A stretch of 5,325 nucleotides of DNA from the NCBI GenBank assembly GCA_023136205.1, contig JAGLRQ010000070.1, positions 1-5,325 of the forward strand, written 5' to 3'. Positions 1-4,375 of this stretch are shown here, in pieces. This stretch comes from Candidatus Auribacterota bacterium (GTDB lineage Bacteria; Auribacterota; UBA6266). Positions within the stretch are counted from its first letter, which is position 1. Every line of letters begins with the position of its first letter. Made by a program: the position numbers and the translations under genes. The notes beneath the pieces were generated by a model. That model did not search any database. It had not been told where the DNA came from and saw only the letters and a list, made by a program, of their open reading frames with translations.

Positions 1-669
1 GCCGCTTTGGAGCTCCTTTTTTCTTGAAAGGATTTTTTCTTTATACTTTTTGGAAAATGTACTTTCTTCTACAGGAATTGTTTCTTCAAAGTTTTTAAGC
101 GCGTTTGCTCTAAAAGATGAGATTATCGGGCCGGGTTCAATTAGAGAAACATGGATGCCGGATCCTTTTAGTTCCACCCTTAAAGCGTCTGATATTGCTT
201 CAAGCGCGAATTTTGAAGCAGAGTAAGCTCCATTAAAGGGCAGGGATATTTTACCCGCGATTGAACTTATATTAATAATTCTTCCATAATGCTGTTTTCT
301 GAACACCGGGATTAAAAGGTTTGTAAGTTCCTGAAGGCCGAATACGTTTATTTCAAACTGGTTTTTTAAAGATTTTCGCGGGATGTCTTCAATAGCCCCG
401 GCCTGGCAGAAACCCGCGTTGTTAACGAGCGCGCCGAGTGTTCCCCCGGTTTTTTTTAAAACGGACTGGACGGCCTGTCTTATTGATTCAGAAACCGCTA
501 ATTCAAGGGCAACGGCATAAAACCCCTCTTTTTCGAGGAACTCAAGATCTTTTTCTTTTCTTGCAGTGGCAAATACTTTCCACCCCTTCTGTTTAAGTTG
601 TCTCGCCGCCGCAAGCCCAATACCCGAAGAACATCCTGTAATTACAACTGACCGGTATTCTTTTTTCAT
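1..669 (-). CDS. Classical short-chain dehydrogenase/reductase (SDR, NAD(P)-dependent oxidoreductase). N-terminus is present; C-terminus runs off the left window edge.
   Basis: The reverse-strand frame is open from ATG at 669..667 to position 1 (223 codons, no stop), which is probably why it is absent from the ORF track. My translation: MKKEYRSVVITGCSSGIGLAAARQLKQKGWKVFATARKEKDLEFLEKEGF...GALVNNAGF...RIINISSIAGKISLPFNGAYSASKFALEAISDALRVELKGSGIHVSLIEPGPI... It carries the Rossmann TGxxxGIG motif at residues 11-18, NNAG, and the Ser...YxxxK catalytic motif, which together are diagnostic of adh_short-type SDRs. The same frame stays open upstream to an ATG at 822..820. That 51-codon extension translates the AT-rich intergenic DNA, overlaps the 805 gene, and would displace the Gly-rich motif from its usual N-terminal position, so ATG 669 is preferred. 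Confidence 0.9.
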   Translation of the reverse strand, partial: MKKEYRSVVITGCSSGIGLAAARQLKQKGWKVFATARKEKDLEFLEKEGFYAVALELAVSESIRQAVQSVLKKTGGTLGALVNNAGFCQAGAIEDIPRKSLKNQFEINVFGLQELTNLLIPVFRKQHYGRIINISSIAGKISLPFNGAYSASKFALEAISDALRVELKGSGIHVSLIEPGPIISSFRANALKNFEETIPVEESTFSKKYKEKILSRKKELQSG

Positions 670-675
670 AAGAAT

Positions 676-703
676 ATTATAATCGAAATTTTCAGAGTAA
701 CAA
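676..703 (-). promoter_or_regulatory. Predicted sigma70-type promoter placed to give a leaderless SDR transcript
   Basis: The minus strand reads TTGTTA (703-698), 16 nt, TATAAT (681-676), ATTCTT, ATG (669-667). The -10 hexamer ends 6 nt before the A of the start codon, so the expected transcription start coincides with the ATG. There is no purine-rich Shine-Dalgarno in the 20 nt upstream (TTTCGATTATAATATTCTT). The -10 lies inside the perfect palindrome ATTATAAT (676-683), so a TATAAT also reads on the plus strand at 678-683, but no good -35 accompanies it. Confidence 0.35.
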
Positions 704-804
704 TATATAATTAATTTAGTTGATATACAAATTTTGGGGAAATAGTTCTTTCTACAAAAAGGGCAACTGCTGAAATTGTAAATGACTAATGAAAGGAGCG
801 GGCT

Positions 805-1455
805 ATGCCATGTGTTAATCATCCTAATAAGGCTGCCGCGTGGAAATGCCGGCAGTGCGGAACTGAGTATTGTGATAATTGTGTTAAGAAGATTTCAATT
901 AAGCAGACTTTTACATGTGTGTGCCCGAAATGCGGGGAAATGTGTGAGGTGTATAAAGGCAGTCCGGGAAATGAGAAATCTGAATTAGGAGATGAAACAT
1001 CTCGTTCCCTCACGCAGGTTTTTGATGCTTTTGTTGTACCTTTTAGAAAAGGAGGGCTGTTAGTTCTTTTGTTTGGAACATTCCTTTTGGTTGGCGCTGA
1101 TTTTCTTATTAAGTTCGGGTGCATGCTCGGTTTCGCGGGTATTTTCGCCAAGTTTATGGTTTATTCGTATGTCATGCGTGTTATAGCAGACGCGGCATCA
1201 GGAGAGAAAGTACTTCCTTTCTGGACATTTGATGATATCTGGAATGATGTTGTTGGCCCGGGTTTTCGAATGATATTCCTTGCTGTGGTTGCGTTGTTGC
1301 CCGCGGCTGCATGTCTTATGGGTTTTGCTGTTACGAAAAATCCTGTGTTAATGATACCGGGTATAACTAATTTATTTGCTTTTTATTGCTGGCTTGTTAC
1401 CGGACAGATGCTTGGAACGCTTTATTACTGCGAAGAAGAAAAGTTGTGGGGATAA
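805..1455 (+). CDS. Membrane protein of unknown function: N-terminal B-box-like zinc finger (two predicted Zn sites) fused to a 4-TM DUF4013-like domain
   Basis: 216-aa ORF with a strong Shine-Dalgarno AGGAG (794-798) 6 nt before ATG 805. Residues 3-47 (nt 811-945) contain C3-x2-H6-x8-C15-x2-C18-x4-C23-x2-C26-x11-C38-x-C40-x2-C43-x3-C47, giving ten candidate ligands in a B-box/cross-brace-like spacing. A charged linker (GSPGNEKSELGDETSRS) follows. Four hydrophobic segments lie at roughly aa 83-104, 105-127, 152-176 and 181-208. The loop YVMRVIADAASGEKVLPFWTFDD (nt about 1168-1233) resembles, from my memory, the conserved Y..RVI....GE..P.F.D signature of DUF4013 membrane proteins. Confidence 0.8.
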   Translation: MPCVNHPNKAAAWKCRQCGTEYCDNCVKKISIKQTFTCVCPKCGEMCEVYKGSPGNEKSELGDETSRSLTQVFDAFVVPFRKGGLLVLLFGTFLLVGADFLIKFGCMLGFAGIFAKFMVYSYVMRVIADAASGEKVLPFWTFDDIWNDVVGPGFRMIFLAVVALLPAAACLMGFAVTKNPVLMIPGITNLFAFYCWLVTGQMLGTLYYCEEEKLWG

Positions 1456-1458
1456 AGA

Positions 1459-2028
1459 CTAAATTCTTGGCTTGGCGAGTATCTCAAGTATTCTTAAATC
1501 AAGAAATCTTTTAGAGGCTTGTGATTTTATTACACAGACAGTGTCTGCTCCCCAGCCTGTTCCCGCGGCGGCGATGACTTCCTCTCCTTCAGGTATGAGC
1601 CCGGCATCACAGGCTTCCATAACTATTTCAGCGCAGACTTTTATTCCCTGGCATATTGTGCGGTAGGCGGAAGCTATAATCTGCGTGGGATAAAGGCCGT
1701 TATATTTTTTTGCGAGTGATGTCTCAAGGGAGTGGGTAAGAATCGTTCCTATGAAAATTTTTGCGCCCAGATTTTCTATTTCTTTTCGTATTTCAGGAGA
1801 TACCTGCTGTTGGGAGGGTTCCTTGAAACCCGTTGAATGAGTTACTACAATTACTTGCGCGGGGGAATTTTTAAATTCCTTCGCGAACTTTAAGCCGGTG
1901 CTTCCCTCAGTGGTCGCGGTGACAATATGATTGTATCCATATTTAAGGTTATCTTTGACAATATCTATGCACTTTTCTGTGTTTATTTTACCCGCTTTAT
2001 CAAAAAGAAATATCTTTTTTTCCTGCAT
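1459..2028 (-). CDS. Stand-alone pyruvate kinase C-terminal (alpha/beta) domain-like protein, MTH1675/AF0103-like family, function unknown
   Basis: 189-aa ORF running from ATG 2028..2026 to TAG at 1461..1459. The translation has features I recall from this family of about 190-aa proteins: N-terminal F.....G..NTE; VTHSTGF; and a C-terminal block QGIKVCAEIVMEACDAGLIPEGEEVIAAAGTGWGADTVCVIKSQ....FLDLRILEILAKPR. The family assignment is from memory of these motifs, not from a search. The Shine-Dalgarno is weak (GGGGA about 10 nt upstream of the ATG). Confidence 0.8.
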   Translation of the reverse strand: MQEKKIFLFDKAGKINTEKCIDIVKDNLKYGYNHIVTATTEGSTGLKFAKEFKNSPAQVIVVTHSTGFKEPSQQQVSPEIRKEIENLGAKIFIGTILTHSLETSLAKKYNGLYPTQIIASAYRTICQGIKVCAEIVMEACDAGLIPEGEEVIAAAGTGWGADTVCVIKSQASKRFLDLRILEILAKPRI

Positions 2029-2225
2029 GGCTGTTTTTCCCCGATAAGGTGAGGGTTCTCATTAATGACATGCCTGTAATCGTAATTCTCGTTATAATCG
2101 CAGAAATCTGTATAATATGTCAAGTGATATCGTCGGAGGTAACTTGATTTATTTGACACCCGCGCTTTAACTATGTTACTTTGATTACACTGGTTTCCGC
2201 CTTTTTGCGTGTTCTTTATAAGTAA
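2029..2225. promoter_or_regulatory. Divergent intergenic control region between the PK_C-like gene (-) and tolQ (+); individual promoters not resolvable
   Basis: This is a 197-bp non-coding gap. Plus-strand TATAAT hexamers lie at 2093-2098 and 2111-2116, the latter directly preceded by TG at 2109-2110. TTGACA occurs on the plus strand at 2153-2158 and on the minus strand at 2123-2118. None of these pairs with a partner hexamer at a canonical 16-18 nt spacing, so I cannot assign exact promoters. Confidence 0.3.
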
Positions 2226-2927
2226 TTGGAATTGTGGGTATTTAAGACGATATATCCATCAAATTGGAATTGGAAAAGGAAAAAATTGATTATTTCAAGA
2301 GTTGTCGCTTTCATAATTTATTCAGGGCTGGCTTTTTTATCTTTGTGGTCATGGGCTATCGCGGTAAGAAAATGGCAGGAGTATGCTGCCCTTCGCAGGG
2401 AAACTTTTCGTTTCAGGGACATGATAAAGAAGGCTAATGGTGAGCTGATACAACTTTCTTCAGGGCCTGTTTCGCTTCCGCCTATTCCTATGGTTTGTGT
2501 TTATGAAGCAGCGCGCAGGGAGATGGATTATTTCCTCGGCCAGTCCAAGGGAGCACTTTCAAAGGTAGCTCTTGAGCATATTCATAGCGCAATTTATAGG
2601 GCTATTACGGAAGAGCTTGAGAAACTTAATAAATCAATGCCGGTTCTTGCCACGGCTATTTCATGCGGCCCGTTTCTGGGGCTTTTAGGGACAGTTTCCG
2701 GAATACTGCTGGTTTTCAGGCGTTTAGGAACGTTGGGAAATGCTTCGATTTCTGTTGTTGCTCCGGGTGTTTACCAGGCTCTTTTAACCACAATGGTAGG
2801 ACTTCTCGTGGCTATCCCGGCGGTGCTTTTTTATAATTATTTTGTAGCCAAACATAAAAGAGTTGCTTCCGAAACCGAGAATTTCGCCATGGAACTAATG
2901 TCAGCAATAGAAAAACGCTACTGTTAA
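2226..2927 (+). CDS. tolQ: TolQ (MotA/TolQ/ExbB proton-channel family), inner-membrane stator subunit of the Tol-Pal system
   Basis: The ORF aligns by eye with E. coli TolQ. TM1 is ...LSLWSWAIAVRK (E. coli FSIASWAIIIQR). The TM2/TM3 core is PVLATAISCGPFLGLLGTVSGIL...VAPGVYQALLTTMVGLLVAIPAVLFYNYF (E. coli [23 protein letters not shown]...[27 protein letters not shown]). It is followed by tolR, tolA-like and tolB. The start is uncertain. The only in-frame starts upstream of TM1 are TTG at 2226, 2232 and 2286, and only 2286 has a Shine-Dalgarno (AAGGA 2276-2280, 5-nt spacing). The coordinates given are the longest ORF. Confidence 0.9.
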   Translation: MELWVFKTIYPSNWNWKRKKLIISRVVAFIIYSGLAFLSLWSWAIAVRKWQEYAALRRETFRFRDMIKKANGELIQLSSGPVSLPPIPMVCVYEAARREMDYFLGQSKGALSKVALEHIHSAIYRAITEELEKLNKSMPVLATAISCGPFLGLLGTVSGILLVFRRLGTLGNASISVVAPGVYQALLTTMVGLLVAIPAVLFYNYFVAKHKRVASETENFAMELMSAIEKRYC

Positions 2928-2944
2928 AGCTAAGCCGGGAGAAA

Positions 2945-3361
2945 ATGAGATCGTTTATTTCAAAACCCCGAGGAGAAGTATATAACGAACTCAATATAAC
3001 AAATCTGGTGGATGTTATGCTGGTTTTGCTTATTGTTTTTATTATTGTGGCTCCGATGATTGAGCAGGGGATAGATGTAAGGCTGCCGATTGCTTCTGAT
3101 AGAAAAATGGAGTCCAAAAGTATGCCTGTTGTTATAAGTGTTTCGAAAAAAGGCGAACTTTTTTTAAATAACGTAAAGGTGAATTTAGAGAAACTGGAAA
3201 AAAGGCTTGAGATAATGGTTGAACATGACCCTGATTTGCCTGTGATTTTGCGTGCGGACAAAAATGTTACCTATGGCAGCGTTATTAAAATTATGGACAG
3301 GGTAAGAAATGCCGGGGTGAATAATGTCGGAATGGCTACGGCTTCAGATAAATCAAGGTAA
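2945..3361 (+). CDS. tolR: TolR (ExbD/TolR biopolymer transport protein)
   Basis: 138-aa ORF starting 17 nt after tolQ, with Shine-Dalgarno GGGAGA (2937-2942). It has a single N-terminal TM segment, NITNLVDVMLVLLIVFIIVAP, containing the conserved proton-pathway Asp at residue 23 (gat 3011-3013), the same position as E. coli TolR D23. The periplasmic domain has typical ExbD/TolR motifs (VISVSKKGELFLNN..., ILRADKNVTYGSVIKIMD). Confidence 0.92.
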   Translation: MRSFISKPRGEVYNELNITNLVDVMLVLLIVFIIVAPMIEQGIDVRLPIASDRKMESKSMPVVISVSKKGELFLNNVKVNLEKLEKRLEIMVEHDPDLPVILRADKNVTYGSVIKIMDRVRNAGVNNVGMATASDKSR

Positions 3362-3414
3362 AATTTAGTAAAAACTTCAAAATTATAGGTACTGGAAGAG
3401 ATTTTATAGAGGTT

Positions 3415-4092
3415 ATGATATCCGGTAAAATAAAATTCAGGTCTCCATGGGTTTTTTCCACTGTCCTGCATATTATAGTTTTAGTTTCCATTGTGATATT
3501 TTCAAGTGTTAGTTTTAAAAAATATTATCCCGCTAAGGTTCATAAGGTAAATCTTATCAAGAATCTTCCTGTTGTCACTGAGCCGGAAAGGCCTGTTATT
3601 AAGAAAGAAGAACCGAAAAAGGCGAAGAAACGGATTTCTGCCCCGAGAAAAAAGCTTAAGAGCAAAAAGATGAAAAAAGCGCCTGTTGCGGTGAAAGAAA
3701 GAGAATCTTTAAAACAACAACTTGAAGAGAAGCTTCTTCCCGCGCGAGAAACGGCAAAAAAGCGCGAGGAGCCCAAAGCTGCTGCCGTAATTCAGGGCAA
3801 TAGATTTCCTTATACCTGGTATGATAGCCTTATATTGAATAAAATAAGTGGCCGGTGGGAACAACCAAGTTCAGCTCTGCTTCAGAAAGATGTTTTGGTT
3901 GCTGTAGTGTCGTTCGCGATAATGAAAGATGGCGGGATTGAAGGGCTTCTTCTTTCTGAGAAGTCGGGTTATGCTCCGCTTGACAGTTCGGTTATAAGTG
4001 CTGTTAAAGATTCAGCGCCTCTTCCGCCTCTGCCTAAGGAATTTGGAGAATCGTTTCGTCAGGTTAATGTCAGGTTTGAGTTGAAAAAGTAA
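3415..4092 (+). CDS. tolA: TolA-like energy transducer (TonB/TolA C-terminal domain family), short form
   Basis: 225 aa with three parts. The N-terminal TM anchor is WVFSTVLHIIVLVSIVIFSSV and includes the His typical of the TolA/TonB anchor SHLS-type motif region. A Lys/Glu/Pro-rich linker covers aa about 55-124 (nt 3577-3786; PERPVIKKEEPKKAKKRISAPRKKLKSKKMKKAP...). The C-terminal domain (nt about 3799-4089) reads YTWYDSLILNKISGRWEQP...VAVVSFAIMKDGGIEGLLLSEKSGYAPLDSSVISAVKDSAPLPPLPKEF, matching the TolA domain III/TonB_C pattern (SSG...D.s...Ai..a.PlP..P). Its position between tolR and tolB supports the TolA role. Start-site signals are suboptimal: GAGG (3409-3412) lies only 2 nt from the ATG, and GGAAGAG (3394-3400) lies 14 nt away. 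Confidence 0.75.
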   Translation: MISGKIKFRSPWVFSTVLHIIVLVSIVIFSSVSFKKYYPAKVHKVNLIKNLPVVTEPERPVIKKEEPKKAKKRISAPRKKLKSKKMKKAPVAVKERESLKQQLEEKLLPARETAKKREEPKAAAVIQGNRFPYTWYDSLILNKISGRWEQPSSALLQKDVLVAVVSFAIMKDGGIEGLLLSEKSGYAPLDSSVISAVKDSAPLPPLPKEFGESFRQVNVRFELKK

Positions 4093-4160
4093 AAAAAATA
4101 AAAGAAGAAAGAATATTTACCACAGGGGACACAGAGAAAAATATATAAAAGAATTTATAG

Positions 4161-4281
4161 ACAGGATTAACAGGATTGAGAAGATAAATAAAGAATAGAA
4201 TTAGATTAATTTAAGTATTTGTTTGAAAGTTTGGGATTTAGAATTTGTTTAGGATTTCGTGCTTCGGATTTAGGATTTTAG
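4161..4281 (+). repeat. Cluster of short direct repeats with a GGATT(T) core in the tolA-tolB spacer
   Basis: Read directly from the sequence. Tandem ACAGGATT copies lie at 4161-4168 and 4170-4177 (9-bp period). GGATTT cores lie at 4234-4239, 4252-4257, 4266-4271 and 4273-4278, in the contexts GGGATTTAG, AGGATTTCG and CGGATTTAGGATTTTAG. TAGAATT occurs at 4196-4202 and 4239-4245. All copies are in the same orientation. Confidence 0.6.
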
Positions 4282-4306
4282 TTCTTTAAAAAATATGGGG
4301 GTATGG

Positions 4307-4375
4307 ATGTCTAAGAATACAGTAATATTTTTTACAGCCATGTTGACTTTAACATTTTCCTTACAAGTGTTTGCC
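4307..4375 (+). other. Predicted Sec signal peptide of TolB (SPase I type)
   Basis: MSKNTVIFFTAMLTLTFSLQVFA|APVY shows a positively charged N-region (K3), a hydrophobic core, and a V-F-A motif before the predicted cleavage site after residue 23. No lipobox Cys is present, which is consistent with a soluble periplasmic TolB. Confidence 0.7.

Noticed and set aside
670-822. Upstream in-frame ATG (822-820, minus strand) that would extend the SDR by 51 residues
   Set aside because: The extension (MINTWHSPLLSLVIYNFSSCPFCRKNYFPKICISTKLIIYCYSENFDYNIL) is a translation of AT-rich intergenic DNA. It overlaps the start of the divergent 805 gene and has no Shine-Dalgarno. It would also push the TGxxxGIG motif far from the N-terminus, unlike classical SDRs.
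819-1151. 110-aa minus-strand ORF, together with the 68-aa plus-strand ORF at 782-988, overlapping the zinc-finger/DUF4013 gene
   Set aside because: Both lie entirely within or over the better-supported 805-1455 CDS, which has a strong Shine-Dalgarno, zinc-finger motifs and TM helices. Their translations are low-complexity with no recognisable motifs or RBS, so they are shadow ORFs.
1472-1666. 64-aa plus-strand ORF antisense to the PK_C-like gene
   Set aside because: It lies fully inside the 1459-2028 CDS, which has family-specific motifs. The Ala/Ser/Pro-rich translation is typical of an antisense frame.
2135-2170. Strong GGAGG (2135-2139) followed 4 nt later by a TTG-initiated 8-codon ORF (LIYLTPAL) upstream of tolQ, considered as a possible leader peptide
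   Set aside because: It is only 8 codons with a TTG start. There is no adjacent terminator or anti-terminator structure and no regulatory codon run. A chance occurrence in a 197-bp intergenic region is the simpler explanation.
2812-3261. 149-aa minus-strand ORF spanning the tolQ 3' end and most of tolR
   Set aside because: It is antisense to two confidently identified Tol genes. The translation is a Ser/Thr/Ile/Phe-rich low-complexity string with no start-site signals. The 66-aa ORF at 3271-3471 (-) and the 78-aa ORF at 3540-3776 (-) are rejected for the same reason; the latter is the mirror image of the Lys-rich TolA linker.
4093-4120. Possible intrinsic terminator after tolA, suggested by the A-run immediately after the stop codon
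   Set aside because: No GC-rich stem-loop precedes or follows the A/T runs on either strand. The sequence is simply a purine-rich tract.
4219-4281. 20-codon TTG-initiated mini-ORF in the tolA-tolB spacer (LFESLGFRICLGFRASDLGF) with recurring GF dipeptides
   Set aside because: The repetition simply reflects the GGATTT DNA repeats read in one frame. There is no Shine-Dalgarno and the start is TTG, so there is no reason to think it is translated.
4161-4281. Possibility that the GGATT(T) repeats are a small CRISPR array or a mobile-element terminus
   Set aside because: The repeat units are only 6-9 bp, irregularly spaced (7-61 bp), and lack unique spacers of uniform length. There are no inverted terminal repeats, target-site duplications, cas genes or transposase genes anywhere in the window.
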